Shown in pieces: positions 37,923 to 51,479 of a stretch of 64,000 nucleotides of DNA. The DNA is from Camelus ferus. Its lineage: Eukaryota. The stretch spans positions 78,990,001 through 79,054,000 of the forward strand of contig NC_045697.1 of NCBI RefSeq assembly GCF_009834535.1. Direction: 5' to 3'. Each line of letters begins with the position of its first letter. Position 1 is the stretch's first letter. The notes below the pieces were generated by a model. The model was not told the DNA's origin. It made no database searches and saw only the letters and a list, made by a program, of their open reading frames with translations. Made by a program: the position numbers and the translations under genes.

Positions 37923-40900
37923 AGGCAATTAAAATTTTTAAAATATTATTTGGTGCAATTTTAAATAACTTAAAAATAAAAATTTCCCACCACCAGTTAT
38001 CACAAGATATCTGTCTTATCAGTCTGTTAATGAGAAATGGAAACAAAACAGAGTTCCCAAAATCAAAGCCAGCACTTTAAAGGCTGACAAACAGCTAACT
38101 ATGAATCTTTATGATCTGGTAAGTCTCAGTATCTTAAGAAAAATATAAGTGACTTCTTACAAGCAAAGTTAAAGATAAATGGCATGCTATGAAAGGATTA
38201 AATATAGAAACATTGGGAAAAATGCATTTCCAAAAGACAGCAAAGCTTTCCCTAGTGCAAAGTTACATTAATTTCAATCAGAGTTATTTTTAAGAAATTG
38301 AAGGAGAAAATGCAATTTTTCACATATTTAAGAACTCCACTTATACACTCTTGGGTTTTGTAGACTGGGACAACAAACCTTTAACTAAAATTAGAGAAAT
38401 AGAAAAAGCAGTTAAGAACTTAATTGACTAGTCAATTTCCACCTTCTTAAACTAAGTCGCGAAACTGGGTGTCTGCGGGCCATTAAAACAACCAGCCTAA
38501 TTGAACTGCATTTTCTCAAGCTCTAGCTTCAAGACCGCTACTAACTGGCTGATGGTATTAGAGAGCAGTGGAGGGTACAGACTGAAGTCCCTTCTAAATG
38601 AAGATATCAGCTTTTCTTTACTTATTCTGGTTTTGTTGAGGCTGTATATTTTGGCATAAGATTTTCCCACACTCATACCAGTTCTTTTTCACCAGTATTT
38701 GGGACCAGCAAGAACTAAGAAGCATTTATTTCTCATTTTTCTTTGTTTGAAAGTGTCACCTTAGTGATTATTAGCAATTTGTAATAGTGTGGATAAATTC
38801 TTCAGTTTGTTAGCACAAAGTTACACACGAAAGAATAAAATAGAGTACTAGCGGCTTTTGAAAGCAAAAAAAGCAACTTAGAAAAGAAGTCCAAGTCCCA
38901 TAAGATCAATTTTATTCCTAATGGGAAACATTTCAGGGTATGAGTCATGTGCAACTTAGCTAGGAATTTTAAATCTTTAAATCTTAATCCTTTGAATCTT
39001 TATGGAGGAGAGCCCTTAAATGGAAAGCATTCCATACCTAACTCTTAAATGGCCTCCTTCAGATTAAAGTATAGCATTAATTACGCGTGGCCATATTGAA
39101 ATTCTGTATTACAGAACAAAATTTGCAGAATTAATTTCTTAATTACCAAATTAAGAGTCATTGGAGGGAGAAACATATTCCTCTCTCTGGGTTCACCTGC
39201 AGTTTGGTGGCTATATAGTAATATCTATAGCCATAAGGAAGAGGACATAATTGCAGCGTAGCCTTTCCATCTGTTATTTCTTTGTTCAACAAGCAATACT
39301 GTACCCCTAGGATATGCTGAAAACAAATGAAGCCAGACAGGAAACATGAGCCCAGAGTCTACTGCCCCAGCATTCATGGCTGAAGAACAGCCCTGCCAAG
39401 AGGACTGGCTCAGGAAGATAGAGACAGATGGACAAGAACAATCAAATGCAGTTAAATATAACAGACACTATGAATTTGACATATTGTATACTTGAGGGTG
39501 AATAAGACACTATCCTTGTCTTCAAAAACTTCATAACTTAGTTGGGAAATAGACATTTATACAAATAATTACAATGGCTACCGTAATTGTACAGCCCATT
39601 GCAGTACAAGGAAGTAGGTCTGAGATGCAGTGGATGTAAGCCCCTAATTGCATGTCCACTACACTCAAACAAGAGTCATTTAGAACTGTTTTCCAAGCAT
39701 TGTCTAAATATAATGGGTAACAACAAAGAAGCATGAGGTCCTTAAAATGTCCTTATACTCAAGGTGCTGTTTTTCTAGCTTAGGCAAGAAAGCTAACATA
39801 CAAAGAACATTGGACAGAGCCTTGGCAAAGATGTAAATTCAACTGATATTGTAATCCAGCAACTGTAAAATCTATCTCTGTGTTTCATTTTCAACATCCC
39901 CAACCCCGTAGAGTTAACAAACAATAAAAGATCTTGCACCATGATCACACACACCAAAAAACTGGAGAACAGTGAATGTTAATCTGTCTAACACTGACTG
40001 TAAATTATAGATGCTCATAAAGGTAAAAATCTGTTTAAGCAGCAAGTCTAAGAACGAAGTTTAGAAGGGAGGCAATTTAGCTTGTTGTCCTTTCTACTCT
40101 TTTGAAGCTGCACTTTTCAGGGTCTATAATGAGTTCTTGAAGGTTCAAAGATTTTTCTGGTTTATATCATGCTTTACCTTTTGTTAGGTCATTCCTTCTC
40201 CATCTCCTCACCATACCCAGCCAGACACCAAACCCTTCAGATACCACCAGTGTCTCTTATACCCATTCCTTCTTTTCCATTCACAATTTCATGTATTATT
40301 AGCAGGATACAGAAGCCTCATCTTTTATTACAAAAGCAAAGGGAAGAAGTCACCTGTTTCTCTGCCTAACAGCAGCCAAGACATAAACAGATGACCTAAT
40401 CCCAGCCAGTCATATGCTTCCACTTCACACTAGGAGGAATGACAAACAAACATGTTCGAATTATATGACTTCTTGTCTCAAGAATCCATCAGTGATGCCC
40501 ATTAAGGTATTTCCTGTTAAGTATAAATTTCTTGGGCTAATATTCCAGATTTTCCAGATCCTTCTTGTCTATAATTGGACTAGTTAAGAGCCGGAATTAG
40601 GGTTCAAATGTCAGGTCTGTCCAACAGAAAAGCCGTGTTCTATCCATATATCCCACTGTCTTTTTGACAAATGTTACCTGTGGCATCTAATGAATGAATC
40701 AGTCAAAAAAGAATTACTGGTTTAGGCAGATGTGTTTTTATTTTACCCTACAATCCAGGGAACTGATATAATAGTCACAAGATGTGTCTTAAGTTTTCTA
40801 AACATGTCTTTCAAATGAGAATTTACTCTTTAATTGTGAAAGTGTCATGGGAACTTTTAATATTAAGAAGCCTTTTCATCTCCTTTAAGGAAAGCAAGCA

Positions 40901-42699
40901 ACTAGAAAAATCAGCAATAGTGAAGAAGTAGTGTACTTGTCTAACCTGGTTCATGAAATTGATTTTGGTTTTTTTATAAAAGTCTTTAAATCACAAAGTA
41001 ATAAAAGGCATATATAAATGTCCAAATGTTTTAACTGAATGATTTTATTGAAAATTCACCACTAATTTATTAAAGAATAAAAAAGAAATCCTAGATAGCA
41101 TTGAAAAAGGTGTTTAGAGAATAGTAACAATCATTTTTAAACTAAAACTACAAAGTTTCCAGTTCAATTCATTCAGGGGAATATAAAAATATACATTACA
41201 ATTGGCTGGTCAGTCCCTGAGAGGAATTCTGCTCTGAGACACCATTCTTGCCAACAGAGAAGAACAATGAAGCTACAGAGGAAAAGAATACAGGGAGGGG
41301 AAAGATTATATTTAGGTGGACCATATTTTAAATCAATGATGGTATAAATAAAATAATAATTGTAACTCACAATTTATAGGTCCTCTTAGTCTTTACATTT
41401 GGTTAGGATCCTGATTCTAGGTGAAATATTTGCAATTAAGGAATGAATAATTTAGTAGGTGATTTTAGAAAAAAATATTTTTTCATGAAAAAATTCTTCC
41501 ATTGGTAGAGAGTGATTCCAGAGCACTAGAAGTTAGCCAGATAGATTAAGGATAGAAAGAGATAGATGATAGGAAATGATAGCTAGATAGCTATTCAGAT
41601 AAATTGAAAGCTTTCTGATATGGTGTTAAAAATAACACTAATTTTCCTGGGCGTAGTTTCCAGTATATAAACATTGGTGAAACTTGAGAAATTCTGCAAT
41701 GTATCTCAAGGCAACAGAAAACCACTGACTGGTCCCCAGTGTAAAGAGAGTTTAAGTCATGTCATTACTTATTAAAGTTGTATAAAGCACCTGTCAGCAG
41801 CATTAAAACACCTACACTAAGTAATTACTGGTACCGGTTTACAACACTCCAGGATTTCTCTACTAATCTTGAAGACTGTCATGAAATTATCAAAACAAAC
41901 ATCCTTAATTTTTTAAAAATATGTCTTCAGACTCTGCAAAAGAAATCAAGGAACATAGCCAAATAAGTAAAAGAATTTTGCACTCCAATATTGCAGGAAA
42001 TCAACAATTTTTACCTATTATAACTAAGCAAATTGATGGATGGCTACAAGTCAGTGAATTACTCCTTGTATCCATAGAAAGATCATTTGCCTGATGCTAT
42101 AGCTCCATCCAGTGGTAGTTAATGCTAACCTAGACCAGCAGGACTCCCGCCAAATAAGACCAAAGGAAAGAACAAAGATGCTCACAGTGGGGAAGGCGCT
42201 TCTGCAAATGGTCAGGTTCCAACCACAGTAGAACTGCCTTGTACCAAAAGGCATTATTTTAGAGTATTCAGAGAGTCTCAAAGCTGCAAGACCATTTAAA
42301 ATGAGGAAACTAAATCGTTCAAGACACCACAATTATGTCTACAATGCATAAAGAATCTAGTGGAAAGTGAAAAATTAAGTCAACTGTCCAGATACTTGAC
42401 TCTACAGAAATAAGAACTCTGGAACTGACTTTTCCACTGTATATTCTTGGGTAACATACGTATAATCTGAGATTAGAATCTGAGCACTCTGCTTTCGTTG
42501 TGTTTTCTCTAACTGATTTCCATGACATTTCTTGTGAAATGTGGCTCTCTTTGGTATGTAAGTTCAGTGAAAGAAGAATCTGTCTGTCTGGTTCACAGCT
42601 GTATCTCAGCCTCAAAAGAGTGCCTGTTGCACATTATATTTTTAATACATATTTATTGAACTAATGAAGAAATGTGATTCCTTCGACAATACTTTAGAG

Positions 42700-42855
42700 A
42701 TGTAGTCTTTTACTCATGTTCACAAATACCTTTGAGAACCTGATAAAAGCAATAAACCCTTTCTTCCCAAATATGCATATATGATTATGCACACAGTTTC
42801 CAGGGCTTCTTGGACAGTCATTCGTGTTTATGGACCACAGGTTAAGGAGTTTGGC
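42700..42855. mobile_element. hAT-Charlie-type MITE remnant
   Basis: cctttgagaacctgataaaagc ... atggaccacaggttaagga resembles small Charlie MITEs. Confidence 0.5.
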
Positions 42856-43504
42856 TCCAAAAAGAACATTAAGACCAACTTCACAGTTGGGGAATTGAGA
42901 TGATCAATTGCATGCATTATTTTTGCCTGTGTTGCTTCAGTTATTATTGTCTCAGACCTCGATCTGAGAAAAGCTGGATTTATTGATCGGTGAAACTAAA
43001 ACTAATGAGGTTGGGGGGAATCAGTTCTATTTGAAAGTCATACTGAACATCAAAAAATATATAAAAAGAACACAGAAAAAATATTTACCTAAGAACATAG
43101 AACATTCAGTCTACTCTCATCCATCCCCTTCCTACTCTTCACAGACATGTGCACAAAGTGATCATAATGAGACTCACCAGCTCCACAGGCCCTGAAGAAG
43201 GCACTACTGGAATTTTACCCTTGTCCTGCCAGAAAGGCCAAGTCAGTGCCTAGACATTTCCCCACAAAGCAATAATTCTGCTGTCAAAATGCCTTAAGGT
43301 CAAAACTGTGTCCCAGATCTGGGCTCTAAAGTCTTTATTGCACCAGTAGTTGTACAACCTCCCTTTTCTGTGGCCTAGGTTTGCAACCTTTCCTTACCTT
43401 CAACTTTGTGGTACAACATAAGAATGTCCCAATTATTCTCTCCTGGAGTGTTTCTATGAGTAGACCTCATTTTGGGTCACAACCTTAGGAGTCCCTGGGG
43501 AAAA

Positions 43505-43879
43505 TGTGAAACTAGCCTCTCCCACCCTCATACACAAAGAGCAGGAAGAGACCAAAGAAAGAGGCAACCAGTCCAGATTGATAGGTGGCAGGCAAGTAAA
43601 CAAACAGACTTACTTATGAGGGCTGCCTTGGGCGGCTACAAGTAAATCTGCGTTCACCCATGAGAACCTTGAAAGTTTAAATAGAGGTTTTAATGGGTTC
43701 AGTCATATATATCATTTAGATGGTTTCAACAACACATTACTCTCTAAAGGCTGCATCCTTGAAGCAGCTGCTAGTACAGGAATGGTAGGCAAGCCATTAA
43801 TTCCAAGGACAGGAAAGGGGGTAGAATCCAGCTCCCAAGTCAACCAGCAGTCATGCCCTCTCAATGACCTCCTCCAACA
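43505..43879 (-). mobile_element. ERV-type solo LTR (subfamily not assigned)
   Basis: TG...CA boundaries (tgtgaaac ... ctccaaca) and LTR-like composition. Confidence 0.5.
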
Positions 43880-43994
43880 CCTGACCATAGCCCTTGGCAG
43901 CCATCTACTTTAATTCAACTGAACCATTATTTAGTGATACCTCTTACATCCCAGTCTCTCTACTAAACATTACAGGGATGGGGAAAAAATGGCC

Positions 43995-44740
43995 CAGTAA
44001 TTCTACTCCTATGAATGTACCTAAGAAAACTGAAAATGTAGTCACACAAAAATTTGTTCATATTAATATTATTCATAATAGCCAAAAAGTAGAAACAACC
44101 CAAATGTTCATCAACTGATGAATGGCCAAGCATGTGGTAAATTGATAGTGGAATACTTACTCAGCGACAAAAAGAAATAAAGTATTAATGCATGCTACAA
44201 CATGGATAAATCTTGAAACACACCGAGTGAAAGAAGCTAAATGCAGAAGACCACATTGTTTGATAAAATTTACATGAAATGTCTACATTGGCTAAGTCCA
44301 TACAGATGACAGTAGGTCAATGGTTGCCAGAAAATATAGGAAGGGAGGAATTAGGACTAACTGCTAATCAATATGAGATTTTTCAGGGGGGATTAAGTAA
44401 GGGAATGGGAAAGTTCTGGGATTAGATAGTGGTGATGGTTGCACAACATAGTAAATATACTAAAAACAACTGAAGTATACACCTTAAGATGATGAATTTT
44501 ATGTTGTGTGAAGTATATCTCAATTGAGTAATGCTATTAAAAAGTCAGGCTAGTCAGCATCTGGTGAGGATGGTAATTGGGAAGGGGCACACAGCAGGCT
44601 GGGGGAACTGGTAGCATTTTACTTCTTGATTTGGGTGGTGGTTATACAGGTATTTGCTTTAAAATAATTTATTAACCCATGTATTTATATTTATACACAA
44701 TTCTGGTTGTATGTTACAACTCACAATAGAAATTTTTAAG
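43995..44740 (+). mobile_element. Old LINE-1 3' ends (L1MB/L1ME-like, two fragments)
   Basis: ttcataatagccaaaaagtagaaacaacccaaatgttcatcaactgatgaatgg ... gatagtggtgatggttgcacaac ... cttgatttgggtggtggttatacagg. Confidence 0.85.
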
Positions 44741-44759
44741 AGAAATTAAGTAGATGACA

Positions 44760-46125
44760 GTAACCCATGCACTTATAGTCAATTAATCTATGATGAAGTA
44801 GGCAGGAATATACAATGGAGAAAACACAGTCTCTTCAATAAATGGTGCCATGAAAACTGGATAGCTACATGTAAAAGAATAAAAGTAGAACATTTTCTAA
44901 CACATATACAAAAATAAACTCAAAATGGATTAAAGACCTAAATGTAAGACTGAAAACCATAAAACTCCTAGAAGAAAACATAGACAGAGCACTCTGACAT
45001 AAGTTGTAGCAATATTCTTTTGGATCTGTCTCCTAAGGCAAAGGAAACAAAAGCAAAAATAATCAAATGGGACTTAATTAAACTTTAAAGCTTTTGCACA
45101 GCAAAGGAAACCATCGACAAAGCAAAAAGACAACTTATGGAACAGGAGAAAACATCTGCAAATGATATGACTAACAAAGGGTTAATATTCAAGATATATA
45201 AACAGCTCATACAACTCAACATCAAAAAAATAAAAACCTAATTAAAAAATGGGTAGAAGACCTGAATAGACATTTTTCTAAAGACGACATATAGATGGCC
45301 AACAGGCATGTGAAAAGATGCTCAACATTGCTAAGCATCAGAGAAATACAAATAAAACCCACAATGAGATATCATCTCACACCTGTCAAATGGCTAGCAT
45401 CAAAAAGACCACGAATAATAAGCAGAGAAAGGGGAACACTTGTACACAGTTGGTGAAAATGCAAATTGCTACAACCACTATGGAAAACAATAAAGAGTTC
45501 CTCAAAAAAATAAAAATTGAACTACCATATAATCCAGCAATTGCACCCCTGGATTTATATCTTAAGAAAATGAAAACTGTAATTCAAAAACATATGCACT
45601 CCAATGTTCATAGCAGCATTATTTACAATATCCAAGATGTGGAATCAACCTCAGTATCCATCAACTGATGAATGGATATACATACAATGAAATAGTTCTC
45701 AGACATATCAAAGAATGAAACTTTGCCATTTACAATCACGTGGATGGACTTGGAGGGTATTACGCTAGTGAAATAAGTCATACTGAGAAAGACAAATACT
45801 GTATGATGTCATTTATATGTGGAATCTAAAAAGTAAAACAAATGAATGAATATAACAAAAAAGAATCAGACTAGAGAACAAAGTAGTGGTTACCAGTGGG
45901 GAGAGGGGAGGGGGAAGGAGCAGGATAGGGATGGGGGATTAAGAGGAACAAATTATGTATGAAATAAATAAGCTACAAGGATATATTGTACACCACAAGG
46001 AATACAGCCAATATTTTATAATAACTATAAATGGAGTATAACCTTAAACAATTGTGAATCACTATGTTGTACACCTGAAAGTTATATAATATTGTAAATC
46101 AACTATACCTCAATTTGAAAAAAAC
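44760..46125 (+). mobile_element. 5'-truncated LINE-1 (ORF2 C-terminus plus 3'UTR), relatively young cetartiodactyl type
   Basis: ORF 45318-45668 is L1 ORF2-like (IELPYNPAIAPL). G-rich 3'UTR tract at 45897-45940; ends ttgtaaatcaactatacctcaatttgaaaaaaa. Confidence 0.93.
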
Positions 46126-46710
46126 AATTTTATCAAGAACAGGGAAAAAAAGTAAGAGCTAGTAAACTAATATCTATATGGCATTGTTTCTAAAAAGAAA
46201 TTAACAAAATTAACATGGGATTTCATTTCTTTGGAAAGGAGATTAATATATACTTGAGGCAGTGAATTTTTATGCTTACTATATGTACTGGTATTATTAT
46301 GTATTCTTACATTTCAAATAGTATCTTAAAAGATGTGCATTTTGGGGGAAAGAATTATTTAAAACTGAAGTAAAATCAGAGAAATAAAGATCATATATAA
46401 ATAGAAAACACCTTAAAAATTTACAAATAATAAAAAGGTAATGATACCCTTTCATGAAAAGTAAAAACAATGACAAATAAATTTGTCACTAAAGAGTATT
46501 GTGGACTGTGATAAAAATCATCAGAGAACTAGACAGAATTTTGTTTGAAAAATAAACACTTAAAAATTATGTGTAATATATTCAACTTGTATTCTTTGCC
46601 CACTCACTTTTCTCCTTTTTCCCTTTTTTTCTCCTTCTTCTCCCCCTCCTTCTCCTATTGTCATTTCATATTAAATAGGTGCAAAAGGGAAGCAGAACAA
46701 AGCTGAATAA

Positions 46711-47360
46711 AGAAAAAAAGAATACAGAATTTCACGGGGTAAAAAAAGCACTCAGTTTCACCATTTCATGACTTTAAATAATGGGTGTAATTCATAAAAG
46801 GCTCTTGTAAATCAAATTATTTTAAATGTTCTAAAACAGCTGCATAAAAGGATACTTAAGAATAATGTATCTTTCCAAAAACCAGAGTTCTATTATAGTT
46901 CAAATAAATATTTCCAAATTTCATACACATATTATTTATAATTTTCACCTTAGAAGGCAGCAGATAATGTAATAATTATGAGCTATCACTCTCGAATCAA
47001 AATATTGTTTTATATCCTAGCTACATCATCAATGAGCTGTGTGATTTGGGGCAACATAATAAGCCTATCTGTGCTTCATTCTCCTTGCCTATAAAAAGGG
47101 GATGAAAAGAATACATACTTCATTGGGTTTTTGTGAGGAATAAGTGAACTAAATATGTGTGTATTTATGGGTGGGTGTATGTGCAGGAAAAAAAATTAAG
47201 AGAAAAATGAATAAAGACTTCCAAGGGGAAAAAATTCACTCAATTTCATCATTTCATGACATTAAGTAATGAGTAGAATTCATAAGACTCTTGTAAGTCA
47301 AAATACTTCAAATATTCTGGATGAGTAACTGCATAAAGGAATACTTAAAAATTGTGTATG
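46711..47360. repeat. Diverged direct repeat pair (46711-46871 and 47201-47360) separated by a spacer containing a MIR
   Basis: cactcagtttcaccatttcatgac..aattcataa..ctcttgtaaatcaaa..ctgcataaaaggatacttaa vs cactcaatttcatcatttcatgac..aattcataa..ctcttgtaagtcaaa..ctgcataaaggaatacttaa. Confidence 0.85.
46953..47155 (+). mobile_element. MIR SINE
   Basis: gagctgtgtgatttggggcaac..ctgtgcttcattctccttgcctataaaaagggg..tttgtgaggaataagtga. Confidence 0.8.
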
Positions 47361-47994
47361 TCTCTCTGCAGAGAGTTTTACACAATAAAATTTCTGCACA
47401 TGATCAGTAATAGTAGAACTAGCAGTAATAACATCAATTACATGATATACTATATATCTTTCCCTAAGAAGTTTACCATTTCTAAGAATCTATGAAAAAA
47501 ATAAATCCTTCTTACCTGAGAACCTCTTTCCAATCAAAAAGCAAACCAAGATAAAATAGCCTTTAAATCTAAACCCTTTTACTTAGCTATTAATGCAGCT
47601 TAATTTATCAATATATTGGAAATATACCAGGCTCTGTCTATGCAGAGCATCATATTTTCTCTTGGGTACTGACACTAACAGAATTGCAAAAAAAAAAAAA
47701 AAAAAGGAAGAAAAAGAAATTTACTCCTTTTACTCTTGCATGGTAACCAAAAGCTAAAATTTAGTGAGATGGTAGACCCACAGAACACAGACCTCTTTCT
47801 CTATCTCATAATACATGAAAAACAACACTTTCACTTGATCATTACTTCCTGATGTACCTAGTTCTATAATTAATTCCAAAAGTCCCACATGTTCAAACAG
47901 TGCTTTGTGTTTATTCTCTCATGTGGGTACAATCTCTTTTACTCACTGAAGCCAAAGAGTGTTTTGTTTTGTTTTGTTTTTTAAGGAAAAAGGG

Positions 47995-48530
47995 GGGAAA
48001 TGTCTGATTATGAAGCTTACCTGCTTAAAATCCTTCAACACCTCCACGTTGTTTTGGGGTAAGAAGCTAAGTCTTGGCCACCACCTTCAAGGCCCTGGAT
48101 GATTTGGTCCCAACCTCTTTTCTAGCCTCATGACCACTGTCCCCTTTGATCGCTGAGCCTCAGTCCCCAAACCAGCTTTCAGTTCTTTGTATTCAACCAT
48201 CAAATATGCTGCTCCCTCTGCAATATTTTTCTCCCTCCCCTCTTCTGTCCCCTACTATTTTTACATGCCTCTATGCATTCTTCAAGTCTCAGTTTAAATG
48301 TCTCTTCCTCTAGGACCAGGTTATAGCCTCACATCATTATCTCACAGCACTCCACGCTTCTCCTTCATAGCACTTAGTACAATTGAAGTCAAGTATTTGT
48401 GCAAGTGTTTGTCTAATATTTCTTTCACCTACTAGATTGTAAGCTCCATGAAAACAGCAAGCATAAGTGTCTGAGTTGCTACTGTATCCCAGCATCTAAC
48501 CTGGTACATGTTGCTAAATAAATAAATACA
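47995..48530 (+). mobile_element. LINE-2 3' region
   Basis: ctgcttaaaatccttcaa, ttcttcaagtctcagtttaaatgtctcttcctc, ctagattgtaagctccatga. Confidence 0.82.
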
Positions 48531-49482
48531 TAAGTGCAATTTCATATTTTTATTCCCTTGTATTCCTTTAAGTTAAAACCCAAGAAATTTTATGATGAAT
48601 TTAAATGCCAAATAAGACACCTGACATGCATACGTAGCCTAGGACAGTGCAGGCTCCATAAACATTTATTGCTTAATAAATATTGAACAATATTATTATG
48701 AGTCAATACCTGGCCATAAAGTTATCAAACATTTACTGCAAATTGATACCATTCTTAATCTCTCCTGAAATATTGAATTTTCATAAATAAGAGGAATATT
48801 TAAATAGAAGTCCTTTATTTTAACATCTCTGGCATTTATTCAAAACATAATTCTGTAGCAATGAAACAAGCATGGCCCATATCGCAGGCTTGGAGTGCAT
48901 GTTTAGTCACGTCTTGGATTTTTCCACTGACTCACTTTCCCACCTACCTTCATTAACAGAAGGTCCATTATCTCTCTCTTGAGACCTAACCTTTCCACTC
49001 TAAGCCCAGAGGCTTACTCTAAATGTCTGGCTGATGGAAAAGAAAACAAGAACGCCTCTGCGGCCCAGCTGTTGTTTCTTTCACTCCCTCAAGGTGTCAC
49101 GGTTTAAAACGAGGTCTTCACAATCTGATGGATGCAAGTCTTTAACCTGCAGCAAAATCCTTTCCAATCTTAATGCCTGCATAACTCCACACTTGAATGT
49201 AAATTCATAGCTCTTTAATTTCCTACTCAGATGCTCAGTCTTTTTCCCCAAAGCAGGACAAGTAAGTCAGAGTGGCTGAGTCTAGAGGGGTTTACATGCT
49301 GTGCCATCACCAGCCCTTTTGTGACCCAAGTTCAAATATGTCTCCTTGACATGTTTTGTTTATACACACTGTGAAAATTCAAAAAAAAAAAAGAGCAGAA
49401 TTCCCAGTGTCTCTTGAGTAATATCACAATAGTGAGGTCATATCTGAGACAGAGACAACCTTCTGGAACTGAGTTGTAGGTG

Positions 49483-49790
49483 TAGGCATCCTTCAGTATC
49501 TGGGGGGAATTCATTCCGCACTCCCACAGATACCAAAATCTTTGGGTGCTCAAGTCCCTTATACAAAATGGCATGCACCTATGCACATTCTCCCGCATAC
49601 TTTAAATCACCTATAATAGATTACTCATAATACTTAATACAATGTAAATACTATGTAATTAGTTGCTGGCCCTGGCAAATTCAAGTTTTGCTTTTGGGAA
49701 ATTTCTGGCATTATTTTATCGAGTATTTTCGACCCATGTTTGGTTGAATTCTTGGATGTGGAACCTGCCTATAGAGTGGGCTGCATCCTA
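49483..49790. mobile_element. MER2/MER2B (TcMar-Tigger) MITE
   Basis: gataccaaaatc..tgctcaagtcccttatacaaaatggc..gcaaattcaagttttgcttttggg..ttggttgaattc. Confidence 0.8.
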
Positions 49791-50066
49791 CATGTCAGGT
49801 TACACAAGGCAAGCACTTCACCTCACATCCTTTGACGTTGGCTGCTAACTGCCATTCAATTTATGGTGCCTATTCTAGGCCTTGATGGTTATCCAAAGTC
49901 AACAATCCAGATTTCTCCCCTCTTCCCACAAGTTTCCCTATGTGGATCTGTGGGTCCTTATCTGCCCTCAAATGTCAGTCAGGCCACTTTTGTCCATCAG
50001 AGAGGTCTTGAGGCCTTCCCCCTCGGAAGACTCATTGACTCACAACCATCTAGTAACAAGCTCGGC

Positions 50067-50460
50067 AGGCAAGGCCAGCTACATAATTTGCAGAGCCCAG
50101 TGCCAAATAAAAAGGTGGCACTTCTTGTTCAAAAAATAGGGAAAAGTGTCAGTAAAAGTACTACAATATAAAACTTTTTCATTTCTTCCACAGTGCCATT
50201 CTCTCAGCTTGTCACGGTGGGTTTTGTTTGTTATTTAACGATATTCACCCTTCAGCAGGGGCATATTCGTAGGGCAAGTGCAGACCTTTGCAGGTGCTCA
50301 GGGGCCCCTCCTGTGACTCTATACATGTGGCCCACCAGCTGCTGGGATCTGTTTCCCTGCAGCTACCAGGCACCATGTCACAGCCAGGGGCAGGGAAGTT
50401 ATCTTCCCTTCCGATGACTCCACTGCTCCAACCCATGGTAGACAGGCAACCACCCAGGGA
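50067..50460 (+). mobile_element. MER45B-like (hAT-Tip100) element
   Basis: ggccagctacataatttgcagagcccagtgccaaataaaa..ttgttcaaaaa..gtactacaatataaaacttttt. Confidence 0.65.
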
Positions 50461-50464
50461 CCAT

Positions 50465-50660
50465 GACTTGTGATTAGCATCTGAAGTGAAGAACAGTCCT
50501 GTGAGACTGAGCCTTTAACCTGTGGGATCTGATGCTGTCTCTGGGTAGGTAGTATCAGAATTGAGCTGAATCGTAGGACAGCCAGTTGGTATTGGCAAAT
50601 CTCTTGGTTGTGTGGGGGGAACCACCCCCACACACATTGTAACTGGTGACCAAAATTGTT
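50465..50660 (+). mobile_element. MER21-family LTR fragment
   Basis: gcatctgaagtg..gactgagcctttaacctgtgggatctgatgc..tcagaattgagctgaatcgtaggaca. Confidence 0.75.
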
Positions 50661-51479
50661 ACATGGTATGTTTTATTACAAGAAGTTATCAAAATCATAT
50701 TGGCCAAAGTCTTCTGAAAATCACTAAGTAACAAATATTAAAACAAGCAAGCTACAGCTTAATGAAGAGGCTCAACTCTTCCTTCTTAATTAAACAGGGG
50801 CTGGCGAGAAGCAGGGAGAATCAGTTTCCTCCCTTTGCCTTATCTCCTTTCTCTTTCCATCTGTGTACATTACATTGTGAATATCTCTGAACTTTATCAT
50901 CTTTTACTTTTTTCATACAACATCATTTTAGCTTGTTTGACATGAAGCATACTTGACTATATTCTTGATTCATAATTATACTATTTGAAATTCATACTCT
51001 GTTAATTTCAACATTGAGATTATTATAAGTTCATTAAACATATTTTATGCTATAATATGTGTTGGTCACTGGTTCAGGCTACGGCAATAAAGATACTAAA
51101 GAAACAAAAAAAAAGCACATTAGTTTTATATGGGATCAATCACTATGCAAACATTCAATTTTATGGCCTATTTATATTTCATAACTCTCTTCCATAATGT
51201 CAGTGGTTTTAATTTTAATATATGCAGGCAACATACAATATGCAAATTGTTTCGTGTTTCCATAACAAGAAAACTGAAATGAAATGAAATGAAAGTAAAA
51301 GGGGAAATTTTGCCACCTACTACTTTGAAGGAATATTATCATATCAATATGCTTAATCTAATTCGTGCATAACTATGTGATTCTCTGCCTCTTTGTTAGT
51401 TTTTTATCTTTGGAGGAAAAATTATTTCTAAAATTCTAGCTTCCAAGAGCTCTGATATGTCCACAATTTCAGGGGCTTC

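Noticed and set aside
45318..45668. 116-aa ORF
   Set aside because: Frameshifted L1 ORF2 remnant.
44737..46215. Possible TSD (agaaattaa...) and short transduction for the 44760-46125 L1
   Set aside because: Only ~9 bp of AT-rich identity; cannot be distinguished from chance.
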